Below, piece after piece: positions 26,418 through 36,088 of a stretch of 64,000 nucleotides of DNA (positions within the stretch are counted from its first letter, which is position 1; each line of letters starts with the position of its first letter). Below the pieces are notes generated by a model. That model worked only from the letters and a program-made list of their open reading frames with translations, was not told the origin of the DNA and did no database searches. The position numbers were made by a program, and so were the translations under genes. Location: positions 1,033-65,032 of the forward strand of contig JBFFZF010000001.1 in NCBI GenBank assembly GCA_041568755.1, in the 5' to 3' direction. The stretch comes from Longimicrobiales bacterium. GTDB taxonomy: Bacteria > Gemmatimonadota > Gemmatimonadetes > Longimicrobiales > RSA9.

Positions 26418-27971
26418 ATGCTTCCGACCGATGGGCTGGAGCGCGCGCGCCAGCTGCTGAAGCGACATTTCGGCTACGCTGCTTTCCGCGGCGCGCAGGA
26501 GGCGGCGGTCGAGGCGGTGCTGCGTGGCCGCGATGTCCTCGTGCTCATGCCGACGGGCGGCGGCAAGAGCCTGTGCTACCAGATTCCTGCGCTCGTGCTG
26601 GACGGCGTCACACTGGTCGTCAGCCCGCTCATCTCGCTGATGAAGGACCAGGTCGACACGCTCACGGGTCGCGGCATTCCGGCCACGTTCATCAACTCGA
26701 CGTTGCCGCCCGGGGAAGCGGGCGCGCGCCTGGAGGCGGCCGCCCGTGGCGAAGTGAAGCTGCTGTACATCGCACCGGAGCGGTTCGACGCGGATACGTT
26801 CCGGCGCGCGTGCATGCGCCTGAACGTGCGCCTGCTCGCCGTCGATGAGGCGCACTGCATCAGCGAGTGGGGCCACGGGTTCCGGCCCAGCTACCTCAGG
26901 CTGGGGCGCGTGCGCGAGATGTTGCGCTGCCCGGTCATCGCCCTGACGGCAACCGCGACGCCGGACGTGCGCGACGACATCGTCGCGCAGCTGGCGCTGC
27001 GCCGGCCGCTGATCCTGGCGCGCGGCTTCGACCGCCCCAATCTGGGCTGGCACGTCGTCGCGGCCCGCGACGCTGCGGCGAAGGACCGGTTCATGATCCG
27101 CGCGTTGCGCGAGCGGCCGGACGGCGCGGCCATCGTCTACGCACCGACCCGCAAGTCCGTCGATGCGATCGCGGACATGCTCAACCATGCGGGCGTGCCC
27201 GCCGCCGCATACCACGGCGGCGCCTCACCGGCGGATCGCCAGCGCATCCAGGAGGAGTTCATCGCGACCGGGCACAGCGTCATCATCGCGACCAGCGCGT
27301 TCGGCATGGGCATCGACAAGCCGGATGTCCGGCTCGTGCTGCACTTCGCGATGCCCGCCAGCCTCGAGTCGTACTACCAGGAAGCCGGCCGGGCAGGCCG
27401 CGATGGCGGCCGCGCGCGCTGCGTCCTGCTGCACGCGTACGCGGACCGGTTCACGCACGAGTTCCTGATCGACCAGGCGCACCCGGACACGCACGCGATC
27501 CGCTCCGTGTGGGCCGCGCTGGCCCCGAGAAATGCCGCCGGCGGTCTGGTGCGTTGCACGCTCGCGGAACTGGCTGCCCGGGCCGGCCTCGACGGCGGGC
27601 CGCGCCAGGCGCACGCCGTACTGCGCGTGCTGGCCGGCGCGGGCGTGATCCACGCCGACGAGCGGCCCGCCCCGGGCGGTGCCCCGGGCATGTACCACAT
27701 CCGGCCGACCGTGGATGCGCCGGTGGATCGCCTGCCCGTGCCTGTGCGCAACTTGTCCCGCCTGCGGGAGCGCGAGTACGCCCGCCTGGCTTCCATGCAG
27801 CGCTACGCGTACGCAGCGGGCTGCCGGCGTGCGTTCATCCTGCGTTACTTCGGAGAGACCGGCGTTCCGCACCGCTGCACAGACTGCGATCGGTGCAGCG
27901 CAACTCCGGAACGTGCCGGTCGGGCGCCGCGCGGACTGCGGCACATCGTCGACCGTTGGCGGCGTGCTTGA
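26418..27971 (+). CDS. recQ: RecQ-family ATP-dependent DNA helicase
   Basis: 'FRGAQEAAVEAVL.GRDVLVLMPTGGGKSLCYQIPAL', 'DEAHCISEWGHGFRPSY' and 'ATSAFGMGIDKPDVR' are present, plus a C-terminal Zn-finger-like 'CRRAFILRYFGE...CTDCDRC'. Confidence 0.93.
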   Translation: MLPTDGLERARQLLKRHFGYAAFRGAQEAAVEAVLRGRDVLVLMPTGGGKSLCYQIPALVLDGVTLVVSPLISLMKDQVDTLTGRGIPATFINSTLPPGEAGARLEAAARGEVKLLYIAPERFDADTFRRACMRLNVRLLAVDEAHCISEWGHGFRPSYLRLGRVREMLRCPVIALTATATPDVRDDIVAQLALRRPLILARGFDRPNLGWHVVAARDAAAKDRFMIRALRERPDGAAIVYAPTRKSVDAIADMLNHAGVPAAAYHGGASPADRQRIQEEFIATGHSVIIATSAFGMGIDKPDVRLVLHFAMPASLESYYQEAGRAGRDGGRARCVLLHAYADRFTHEFLIDQAHPDTHAIRSVWAALAPRNAAGGLVRCTLAELAARAGLDGGPRQAHAVLRVLAGAGVIHADERPAPGGAPGMYHIRPTVDAPVDRLPVPVRNLSRLREREYARLASMQRYAYAAGCRRAFILRYFGETGVPHRCTDCDRCSATPERAGRAPRGLRHIVDRWRRA

Positions 27972-28025
27972 TCGCGTCCGGGCCGGCAGCCCGGGGAGCC
28001 GGACCCGGTTCGGAATGGGACGGGT

Positions 28026-28460
28026 TCAACCGCCCGGCTTCTCCCCGGTACAATTCGCGGAGAAACTGATGTCCTTCGCCATCGCGTCATCGGCCGTGAC
28101 CACGCGCCCTGCGCCGATGAACCTGCCCTCGTTCGAGCCGGTGCCGGGGTCGAACGGGGCGGTGTACTCGCGCCCTTCCAGCTTGAGGACGAGCATCATG
28201 CTCCCGCGCTGTCGTGGCGTGGGCCAGAGGTTGAACTCCACCCCGGATGAACCTCTCGTGAGAAAGCCCAGCTCCGGCTTCTCCCGGTCCGCGCACAGCA
28301 CGCGCAGCGTGTCCCCTCTGATGGGCGACGAGTAGACGACCACCCAGCCCGGTACCGCAGGTTTGAAGTCGGGGGGAGGGGCCGTGCCTCGTTGTGCCGC
28401 CAACCCGGCGGGGAAAGTGAGTCCCATCAGAACGGCAACCGCCGCAATCTGCATCTTCAT
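28026..28460 (-). CDS. secreted hypothetical protein (144 aa)
   Basis: GGAGGAG lies upstream of the ATG at 28460. Signal peptide 'MKMQIAAVAVLMGLTFPAGLAAQ'. No family recognised. Confidence 0.6.
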   Translation of the reverse strand: MKMQIAAVAVLMGLTFPAGLAAQRGTAPPPDFKPAVPGWVVVYSSPIRGDTLRVLCADREKPELGFLTRGSSGVEFNLWPTPRQRGSMMLVLKLEGREYTAPFDPGTGSNEGRFIGAGRVVTADDAMAKDISFSANCTGEKPGG

Positions 28461-28632
28461 CGATCTCCTCCCCGTCGCTCTTTGTCTTCCACCATTGTTC
28501 GACAGGTGTCCATGCGGCGCAACGCCGGGCCCGGGCCAGGTGTATCGAAGCGGGGTGCTACGCCGGAAGCGCCGATTGCCGTCGCGCCCTCAGGCGGCCC
28601 GCCCGGCGGGTCGGCAGCCCGCGAAGGAGGCC

Positions 28633-30417
28633 ATGTTGCGCGTTCCACACGTGATCCTTGCGGCCCTGGTCGGCCTGGCGCTGCTCACGCCATCGCGTGG
28701 CGCAGCCCAGGCCCACGCGACCTCGTCCGCGGATGCGGCCCGACTGCTCGAGGAAGCGCGCGACCGCCAGGAGGAGTTCGAGCGATACCGCGTGAGTCGC
28801 ATCCCGGTCACGCGGGAGCGGTCCGATCCGACCTGCGATGAACGAATCGGGCGCATCTGCATCTGGTTCGGCGGCGAGGGTGAAGCCAACTTCCCGCGCG
28901 AGCTGGCCGAGGTCGGCGAGGCGCGCGCCGAGCTCATTGCACTCCTGACCGATGCGATGGCACGCGCGCCCCACCGGTGGCTGATCGGCCATCTGGTCTA
29001 CTACCTGATCGAGCAGCGTGATGTCGACGCCGCCACGCGCGTGGCGACAACGTGCGGCATTCCCGTAGTCTGGTGGTGTGCCGCGCTGCGCGGGTACATC
29101 CTGCACCTGACGCGCAACACCGTGGAGTCGGAGGCGGCGTTCCGGGAGGCGCTGGCATCCATGCCGTCCGCCGAGCGCGAGCGCTGGACCTCACTCCGCT
29201 TCGTGCTGACGGCGGACGGCCAGAAACTGTTCGAGGGCATGGAGCCGGCAGAACGCGACCGCCGCCGGGAGCTGTTCTGGCGGCTCTCGGACCCGCTCTT
29301 CCTCATGCAGGGCAACGATCGCCTGACTGATCACTGGGCACGCCTGGTCGAGGTGCTGAACTGGGAACATGCGGCGAACCCGATGCAGCTGCCCTGGGAC
29401 CCGGACATGGAGGCGACGCTGATCCGCTACGGGCGGAACATTGGCTACAGTCGAACGTTCGACCCCGTCGCCACGCTGAACCGGCGGGAAGACACGCGGC
29501 GCGTGCAGGGACACCATCACCCGAAGAGCCGCGGCTACCTCTTCCCCGAGCAGTTCCTCGCCTCGCCCTCGGACGTACCACCGGAGAGCTGGATCACGGC
29601 GCCGCGCGAGGCACGCACCTGGTACGCGCCGCTGTACGCCCCGGAGATGCGCGCGCTGGAGACCCAGGTCGGACGATTCCGGCGTGACGCGCAGATGCTC
29701 GTCGTCGGCGCGTACCGCCCCGTCCCGCCGGAGCCGGATTCGACCGCCGCCGACCCGACAGGAGCCGGCGCGCAGCCTGCGCGCGCGTTCGGGATCCGCG
29801 GCGAGCCGCACGCCGCGCTCTTCCTGATTCCGGAGGACGGATCGGAGCCGGCCTTCGTCCGTGGCAGCGATCCGGAGGGAGTACTGACGATCCACGCGCC
29901 GCCCGGCCGATACGTGAGCGGCCTGGAAGTCGTCGATCTGCAGGGCAGGCAGGCGTGGCGTGCGCGGCAGGGTGTGGCGCAACGCGTGCTCGAACCCGGA
30001 CTCCTCGACGTGTCGGATCTGTTGATCCTGAAAGAGGGCACGCCCCTGCCGGCGAACCTCGAGGAAGCGATCCCGAACGTCCGGCCGGGCGTGCGCATCC
30101 GGAGGGGCGAGCGTTTCCCCGTCGTGTGGGAAGCCTACGGGTTGCGGGTCGATGAGCCGGTGCGGATCACCCTGGGTTTCACGCGCGGCCGACCGGGCTT
30201 CCTCACACGCGTCGGCGAGTTCCTCGGTGTCCTCGAACCAGACCGCCCGGTGGAAGTCATCTTCGAGGACCGCGGCCCGGAGTCCGTGCAGACCGCGTTC
30301 CGCGCGCTCGAGTTCCAGCTGCCGGACCTCGATCCGGGCGCGTACACGCTGCACCTCAGACTCGAACTGCCCGGTCGCGAACCCGTCGTGACCAGCCGGC
30401 CGATCATCGTGGAGTAG
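28633..30417 (+). CDS. secreted hypothetical protein (594 aa), possibly a degenerate GWxTD-like domain
   Basis: Track ORF trimmed to the ATG at 28633, preceded by AAGGAGG. Signal peptide 'MLRVPHVILAALVGLALLTPSRGAAQA'. 'ELFWRLSDP...PWDPDMEATLIRYG' loosely recalls GWxTD-domain proteins, which is unverified. Confidence 0.6.
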   Translation: MLRVPHVILAALVGLALLTPSRGAAQAHATSSADAARLLEEARDRQEEFERYRVSRIPVTRERSDPTCDERIGRICIWFGGEGEANFPRELAEVGEARAELIALLTDAMARAPHRWLIGHLVYYLIEQRDVDAATRVATTCGIPVVWWCAALRGYILHLTRNTVESEAAFREALASMPSAERERWTSLRFVLTADGQKLFEGMEPAERDRRRELFWRLSDPLFLMQGNDRLTDHWARLVEVLNWEHAANPMQLPWDPDMEATLIRYGRNIGYSRTFDPVATLNRREDTRRVQGHHHPKSRGYLFPEQFLASPSDVPPESWITAPREARTWYAPLYAPEMRALETQVGRFRRDAQMLVVGAYRPVPPEPDSTAADPTGAGAQPARAFGIRGEPHAALFLIPEDGSEPAFVRGSDPEGVLTIHAPPGRYVSGLEVVDLQGRQAWRARQGVAQRVLEPGLLDVSDLLILKEGTPLPANLEEAIPNVRPGVRIRRGERFPVVWEAYGLRVDEPVRITLGFTRGRPGFLTRVGEFLGVLEPDRPVEVIFEDRGPESVQTAFRALEFQLPDLDPGAYTLHLRLELPGREPVVTSRPIIVE

Positions 30418-30423
30418 TCGCGC

Positions 30424-31029
30424 TCAGCGTCGTGTGACGCTGTCCGCGACGAACCGGTCACGCGCCGGCATCTGCACCGCCAGCAGCGACGCGGCGTCCA
30501 GCTCGGCGTCCTGCGCGACGATGCCGTTTCTCGACAGCAGCCACGCCGTGACGGCGTAGACCTCGTCGTCGGACAGCGAGCCGGGCCGGTCGTGCGGCAT
30601 CGCGCGCCGCACGTAGTCGAACACGGTCGTCGCGTACGGCCAGTAGTTGCCGATCACGCGATTCGTGCCTGGCGAAGGATCGTCGCCCCAGTTGAAGGCC
30701 GGGACCGGATCCGCCACGAGCGCGGCCCACGGCCCCTCGAAACCCGTCGGACCGTGGCACACGCTGCAACGCGCGGCGTACACGCGCCCGCCCTCCGCCA
30801 CCGAGCCGCGCCCCGCCGGAAGTCCCGTGCCGTCCGGCATGATGTCGACGTCGAGCGCGGCGATGTCCGCGGCCGTTGCGGGCCGGCCCAGTCCGAAGCG
30901 ATCCGGCCTCGTGGCATCACTCACACCAGTGCCGTCGCCGGTACGCTCGGCGCCACCCGCGCACGCGAGTGAGCCGGCCAGCGCGAGCGCCGCGCCCCCG
31001 ATCCATGCATGACGGCCGCGCGCGCTCAC
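30424..31029 (-). CDS. c-type cytochrome subunit of sulfite dehydrogenase (SorB/SoxD-like)
   Basis: 'CSVCHG' haem-binding motif, an N-terminal signal sequence, and a GTGA overlap with the upstream molybdoenzyme gene. Confidence 0.8.
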   Translation of the reverse strand: MSARGRHAWIGGAALALAGSLACAGGAERTGDGTGVSDATRPDRFGLGRPATAADIAALDVDIMPDGTGLPAGRGSVAEGGRVYAARCSVCHGPTGFEGPWAALVADPVPAFNWGDDPSPGTNRVIGNYWPYATTVFDYVRRAMPHDRPGSLSDDEVYAVTAWLLSRNGIVAQDAELDAASLLAVQMPARDRFVADSVTRR

Positions 31030-32348
31030 GCGTCATCCTCCAGGCCGAACACGACACGCCCGGTGGACTCGACCTTCCAGGCGCGGATGTGATGGATGTG
31101 GTACGACGTGCCGGGGCCGCGCGCGTCGCGCAACGCGGCGAGCGTCGGCTGCACCGCGCCGCTCTCGTCGGTCGCGCGGCTCATCAGCAGCGACTCGCGG
31201 CCGTCCCACTGCCAGCCGTGACGGAAGCGCGTGTGACACTTCGGCAGCACCGGTTCCTCGAGTCGCGCGGGCGACCACGTCGTGCCGCCGTCCGTGCTGA
31301 TCTCGACGCCGCGCACGCGGCCGCGCCCGCTCCACGCGATCCCGTTGATCTCGTACCAGCCGGGACCCGGCAGCACGGCCGGGAAGGCCGGCGAGGTGAT
31401 GATCGACTTGACGTCCATGAGGAAGCTGAACTGGCGCGCGACGCCGTTCTTCGTCGGGTCGGTGTATTTGCTCGTCTCGTCACGCGTCATGAACGGCCGG
31501 TCGGACAGCTCGATGCGGCGCAACCACTTCACGCTCGTGCTGCCCTCCCAGCCAGGCAGAAACAGGCGGGCCGGATAGCCCTGTTCCGGACGCAGCGGCT
31601 CGCCGTTCTGACCCCACGCGATGAGCGCGTCGTCCCACGCCTTCTCCACGGGAATGCTGCGCGAGTAAAGCACGGCATCGGCACTCTCGGCCAGGAACCA
31701 GCGCGCCTCCGGCAGGACGCCCACCTCGCGGAACACCGCCTCCAGCGGCACGCCCGTCCACTCGCTCGTGCTGGTCAGCCCGTCGATCTGCTGGGGCGTA
31801 CGATCCGGACGCATGCCGCGGAAGCTGGATGCGCCATTGCCCGAGCACTCCAGGAAATGCAGCCGCGAGCTGCGCGGGAAGCGTTGCAGATCGTCCAGCG
31901 TGAACACGGTGGGCCGCTCCACCATCCCATGGATGAGCAAGGTGTAGGCGGCCGGATCCAGGTCGGGGACGCCGCCGTGATGGCGTTCGAAGTGGAGGTC
32001 CGACGGTGTGACGATGCCGTCCAGGTCCTGGAGCGGCGTGACCGAACTGCCGTCCACGACGGGCCGCTGCACCAGGCGTCGCGGGCTCACGTGCGGTGAG
32101 CGTCCGCCCACCGGCGACGGCATGGGCCCGGGCGTCCGCCCCGTTGTGGCCGGAGCGCCGTCCTGCGCCTTTCCCGCGTCGAGGGCGCCGGCGCCGAGCG
32201 TCGCCGCGGCGCCCGCCAGCAGCGCCCGCCTCGAGATCCGCGCGCCCCGGTCGCCCGGGTCCGCTCCGGGCCCCGCTGCCCGAGCCGCCTCCGCCGCCTG
32301 GCCGGCGCCGGCCTGATCACGCTCGTGCCCGTCCGTCCGTCCCCGCAT
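31026..32348 (-). CDS. sulfite-oxidase-family molybdopterin oxidoreductase (SorA/SoxC-like), Tat-exported
   Basis: 'ISRRALLAGAAATLGAGAL' is a Tat signal. 'TPSDLHFERHHGGVPDLDP..YTLLIHGMVERPTVFTLDDL' and 'LECSGNG' are present. Start is uncertain among 32348 (GGGAGAG upstream), 32360 and 32387. Confidence 0.85.
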   Translation of the reverse strand: MRGRTDGHERDQAGAGQAAEAARAAGPGADPGDRGARISRRALLAGAAATLGAGALDAGKAQDGAPATTGRTPGPMPSPVGGRSPHVSPRRLVQRPVVDGSSVTPLQDLDGIVTPSDLHFERHHGGVPDLDPAAYTLLIHGMVERPTVFTLDDLQRFPRSSRLHFLECSGNGASSFRGMRPDRTPQQIDGLTSTSEWTGVPLEAVFREVGVLPEARWFLAESADAVLYSRSIPVEKAWDDALIAWGQNGEPLRPEQGYPARLFLPGWEGSTSVKWLRRIELSDRPFMTRDETSKYTDPTKNGVARQFSFLMDVKSIITSPAFPAVLPGPGWYEINGIAWSGRGRVRGVEISTDGGTTWSPARLEEPVLPKCHTRFRHGWQWDGRESLLMSRATDESGAVQPTLAALRDARGPGTSYHIHHIRAWKVESTGRVVFGLEDDA

Positions 32349-32507
32349 GCGCTCTCCCATCGGAAGGTCCGGTACGGGTCGCAACATGCGCCGAGGGGCG
32401 GCGAACAGCAACGGCGCCGGGGCGCGCCGCGGCCTTCCCCCTAGACCGGCGCCGGGCGTCACCTTAACTTCCACCACTGGATTGACTTACCGTCGGAGGA
32501 CACGCCG

Positions 32508-33713
32508 CTGTTCGAAGCCCGTCACGAGGAATTGCGCCAGGAGGTCCGCGCCTTCGCAGAAGCGGAGGTCGCACCGATCGCCCGGCGTTACGATGAAGAG
32601 AGCCGTTTTCCGTGGGACACGGTCAGCCGGATGGCCGCACGCGGCTATCTGGGGATCGACGTGCCCGAGCGGTATGGTGGCCGCGGCCTCGACTCGGTCA
32701 GCTACCTGATCGCCATCGAGGAGATGGCGCGCGTCGATGTCAGTCACGCCATCACGATCAGCGCGCACTCCACGCTGGGCGCATCACCCATCCTGAACTT
32801 CGGGACCCAGGCCCAGAAGGACCGGTACCTGCCGTACCTGTCCGGGGGGCGCGTGCTGGGCGGGTTCGGGCTGACCGAGCCGGCCGCGGGCTCCGACGCT
32901 GGCGCCACCCGCACGACCGCGGTCCGCAAGAACGGCGGCTACCGGCTGAACGGCAGCAAGATCTTCATCACGCACGCCGGCGTCGGCGAGATCTTCGTTG
33001 TCACCGCCGTGACCGAGCCGGGTGCAGGCACCAGCGGGATCACCAGCTTCATCGTCACGAAAGAAACCGTCGAGCGGGCCGAAGCCGAGCGCGTGGGGTT
33101 CGGCCATGCCCCCGAACTCGAACCGTTCACACCCGGTGTGCGCGCGGGCAAGAAGGAAGACAAGATGGGCTGGCGCGCGTCGGATACGCGCGAGCTCATC
33201 CTGGAAGATGCAGAAGTCCCCGCGGAGCAGCGCCTCGGTGACGAGGGCGAAGGCTTCCGCAACTTCATGAAGACACTCGATACCGGCAGGATCGGCATTG
33301 CCGCGCTCGCGCTGGGGCTGGCGCGCGGCGCCTTCGACACCGTGGTCGACTGGGTGCGGCGCGAACGGCGCACGGCTTCACCGAAGGACCGCCAGGCCAT
33401 CCGCTTCGCCCTGGCCGACATGGCCACGGAGATCGAGGCGGCCCGGCACCTCGTGTACGGCGCCGCCGCGCTCCGACAGCGCGGCGAGTCCTTCACGCGG
33501 GCCGCCGCCATGGCGAAACTGTACACCAGCGAATTGTGCATGCGCACGACGACCCGGGCCGTGCAGCTGCTCGGGCCCGACGGCTACGCCGCGGAGTATC
33601 CTGTCGAGCGCATGATGAGAGACGCAAAAATCTGCGAGATCGGCGAAGGCACCAGCGAGGTGCAGCGCATGGTCATCGCGAGGGGCTTCCTGGACGAGGG
33701 CTCCGGACGCTAG
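32508..33713 (+). CDS. acyl-CoA dehydrogenase (probable CTG start)
   Basis: 'GLTEPAAGSDAGA', 'ITHAGVGEIFVV', 'ARLGIAALALGLARGA' and 'CEIGEGTSEVQRMVIAR' are present. Homology extends upstream of the track's TTG (32532). A GGAGG at 32495-32499 lies 8 nt before the CTG at 32508. Confidence 0.9.
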   Translation: MFEARHEELRQEVRAFAEAEVAPIARRYDEESRFPWDTVSRMAARGYLGIDVPERYGGRGLDSVSYLIAIEEMARVDVSHAITISAHSTLGASPILNFGTQAQKDRYLPYLSGGRVLGGFGLTEPAAGSDAGATRTTAVRKNGGYRLNGSKIFITHAGVGEIFVVTAVTEPGAGTSGITSFIVTKETVERAEAERVGFGHAPELEPFTPGVRAGKKEDKMGWRASDTRELILEDAEVPAEQRLGDEGEGFRNFMKTLDTGRIGIAALALGLARGAFDTVVDWVRRERRTASPKDRQAIRFALADMATEIEAARHLVYGAAALRQRGESFTRAAAMAKLYTSELCMRTTTRAVQLLGPDGYAAEYPVERMMRDAKICEIGEGTSEVQRMVIARGFLDEGSGR

Positions 33714-33740
33714 CGTTCGTCGAGCCCGTATTCGTACAAA

Positions 33741-35288
33741 ATGAAACGCGAGATCCTCATCTCGGCTACGCCGCAGGAAACGCGCGTGGCCATCCTCGAG
33801 GACAACATCCTCGTGGAGTTCATGGTCGACCAGGCGGAAAGCGAGCGCATGGTCGGCGATGTCTATCTCGGCCACGTGCAGGCCGTCCTGCCCGGCATCC
33901 AGGCCGCCTTCGTCGACATCGGCATGGAAAAGGCCGCGTTCCTGCACGTCTCGGACGTCAGCCAGGACGACGAGGACGACGAGGACGGCAACGGCAACGG
34001 CGGCGGCAACGGCGGCGGTAACGGTGCCCGTTCGCGCCGCTACCCGCCCATCCAGGACCTGGTGCAGAAGGGCCAGCGCCTGATGGTCCAGGCCACCAAG
34101 GAGCCGATCGGCACCAAGGGACCGCGCGTCACCACGCACATCTCCCTGCCGGGCCGGTTCCTGGTCTTCATGCCCGACTCCAGCCACATCGGCGTGAGCC
34201 GGAAGATCGAGACGCGCGACGAGCGCAGCCGCCTGCGCGCGATCGCCAAGGAAGTCGTGCCCAGAAACGGCGGCGGCGGCGTGATCATCCGCACGGCCGG
34301 CGAGGAGCTCACACGCGAAGTCTTCGAGCGCGAGTACCGCATGCTGGCCGACACCTGGGCCAGGATCGAGAAACGTGCAAAGGGCGCACGGCCACCCGCG
34401 CTCATCCACCGCGAGGCCAAACTCACCGGCGGCATCATCCGCGACGTGTTCACCCAGAAGGTCGATGGCCTGATCTGCGACAGCAGGCAGGTCCACAACG
34501 AGGTCGCCAACTACCTCAAGGGCATCGATCCGGCCATGCTGGAACGGCTCCACCTCTACACCGATCCGGTGCCGCTCTTCGACAAGTACGGCATCGAGGA
34601 CGCCATCCGCGAGGCCTTCCAGCGCCGCGTCGACCTGCCCTCCGGCGGCTACATCATCATCGAGCCGACCGAGGCGCTCGTCTCCATCGACGTCAACACC
34701 GGCCGCTACACCGGTCGCAAGGACCCCGAAAAGACCATCCTGAAGACCAACCTGGACGCGGCCCGTGAGATCGCCCGCCAGCTCCGCCTGCGCGATGTCG
34801 GCGGCATCATCGTCGCCGATTTCATTGACATGGAAACGCGCAGCAACCAGGAGCGCGTGCTCCAGGAGCTGCGCACCTACCTGAACCGGGACCGCGCCCG
34901 CACGCGCGCCTTCCAGGTCTCCGAGCTCGGCCTGGTCGAGATGACGCGCCAGCGCGTGCGCGCCTCCCTCTGGCATTCGCTCACCGAGGGGTGCTCACAC
35001 TGCGGCGGCACCGGCCGCGTGTTCCGGCCCGATACCGTGCTCCGCCGCATCGAACGGGCCGCCCGCCGGATCTCCGTCCAGCAGGCCGCCCGCGACCTCA
35101 CGATCCGGGTCCACCCGGAAGTCGCCCTCTACCTCATCGAATCCGAGCCCGACTTCCTGCGCCGCCTGCGCTCGTCCCTCCACCTTACCATCGACCTGCG
35201 CGACGATCCGCTCATGCGCCAGGACGAGTTCCGACTCCTGGCCGGCGCGGCCGAGGCCGACATCACCGGCAAGTACGCCATCGGCTGA
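33741..35288 (+). CDS. rng: ribonuclease E/G family endoribonuclease
   Basis: 'MKREILISATPQETRVAILEDN', the S1 region 'VGDVYLGHVQAVLPGIQAAFVDIG', and 'EPTEALVSIDVNTG..TG' are present. Confidence 0.9.
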   Translation: MKREILISATPQETRVAILEDNILVEFMVDQAESERMVGDVYLGHVQAVLPGIQAAFVDIGMEKAAFLHVSDVSQDDEDDEDGNGNGGGNGGGNGARSRRYPPIQDLVQKGQRLMVQATKEPIGTKGPRVTTHISLPGRFLVFMPDSSHIGVSRKIETRDERSRLRAIAKEVVPRNGGGGVIIRTAGEELTREVFEREYRMLADTWARIEKRAKGARPPALIHREAKLTGGIIRDVFTQKVDGLICDSRQVHNEVANYLKGIDPAMLERLHLYTDPVPLFDKYGIEDAIREAFQRRVDLPSGGYIIIEPTEALVSIDVNTGRYTGRKDPEKTILKTNLDAAREIARQLRLRDVGGIIVADFIDMETRSNQERVLQELRTYLNRDRARTRAFQVSELGLVEMTRQRVRASLWHSLTEGCSHCGGTGRVFRPDTVLRRIERAARRISVQQAARDLTIRVHPEVALYLIESEPDFLRRLRSSLHLTIDLRDDPLMRQDEFRLLAGAAEADITGKYAIG

Positions 35289-35362
35289 AGCGCGCCCACC
35301 CGCCGGGATTGACAGACCGGCGGGAAGGCGAGAAATTCACGATCTGTCTATAACCTGCAGGC

Positions 35363-35683
35363 ATGCGCATGTACGCGATCATCCGAAGCGGTGACAAACA
35401 GTTCCGGGCCGAGCCCGGCGGCACGGTCCGGATCCCGAGCCTGGACGGCGAGGTCGGTCAGACCGTGACGTTCGACGAGGTCCTGCTGGCCAGTGACGGC
35501 ACGGCCGTGACCGTCGGGTCGCCGACCGTCGCGGGCGCCTCCGTCGTCGGCGAGATCGTCGCCCACGGCCGGGGCAGGAAGATCATCATCTTCAAGTGGA
35601 AGCGCCGGAAGGACTACCGGCGCAAGCAGGGCCATCGGCAGGGGTACACGGACGTGCGGATCGACGAGATCCGCGTCGGCTAG
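35363..35683 (+). CDS. rplU: 50S ribosomal protein L21
   Basis: '[17 protein letters not shown]...[17 protein letters not shown]'. The start is ATG 35363 or ATG 35369. Confidence 0.95.
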   Translation: MRMYAIIRSGDKQFRAEPGGTVRIPSLDGEVGQTVTFDEVLLASDGTAVTVGSPTVAGASVVGEIVAHGRGRKIIIFKWKRRKDYRRKQGHRQGYTDVRIDEIRVG

Positions 35684-35698
35684 TTCCGGGGAGGCGGT

Positions 35699-35956
35699 AT
35701 GGCACACAAGAAAGGCGTAGGCTCCAGCAAGAACGGCCGGGACTCGAACCCGCAGTACCTGGGCGTGAAGGTGTACGGCGGTGAATTCGTGCCGGCCGGC
35801 GGCATCATCGTGCGCCAGCGAGGCACGAAGTTCCATCCGGGCCGCAACGTCTCGCGCGGCCGGGACGACACGCTGTTTTCGCTGATCGACGGGGTCGTGA
35901 CGTTCGAGCGGCGCGACCGCCAACGGCAGCGCATCTCCGTCTATCCCGTCGAGTGA
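35699..35956 (+). CDS. rpmA: 50S ribosomal protein L27
   Basis: '[44 protein letters not shown]'. Confidence 0.97.
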   Translation: MAHKKGVGSSKNGRDSNPQYLGVKVYGGEFVPAGGIIVRQRGTKFHPGRNVSRGRDDTLFSLIDGVVTFERRDRQRQRISVYPVE

Positions 35957-35991
35957 TTACCGCCTGAACGGGCGACACGACTGATGGGGAT

Positions 35992-36030
35992 CCGGGCCCC
36001 GGCGTGACTGCCGGGGCCCGGGTGTATTCT
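35992..36030 (+). terminator. intrinsic terminator candidate after rplU-rpmA
   Basis: Perfect 12-bp stem, CCGGGCCCCGGC (35992-36003) paired with GCCGGGGCCCGG (36010-36021), with a 6-nt loop. It is followed by GTGTATTCT. Confidence 0.7.
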
Positions 36031-36088
36031 ACCGGAATGCGCCACCCGGGTTGGGGGTGGGGGACCATCAGCCGCCGGAGGGTCGACC

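Noticed and set aside
30958-31029. A lipoprotein signal (lipobox) in the cytochrome c subunit ('LAGSLACAGG').
   Set aside because: The residues preceding the Cys (S-L-A-C) do not fit the L-[AS]-[GA]-C consensus well. It is treated as an ordinary signal peptide.
35309-35354. A canonical promoter for rplU using TTGACA (35309-35314) and TATAAC (35349-35354).
   Set aside because: The two hexamers are 34 nt apart, too far for one sigma70 promoter, and no good -35 sits 17 nt upstream of TATAAC. Only the proximity of TATAAC to the ATG is mentioned, under the leaderless observation.
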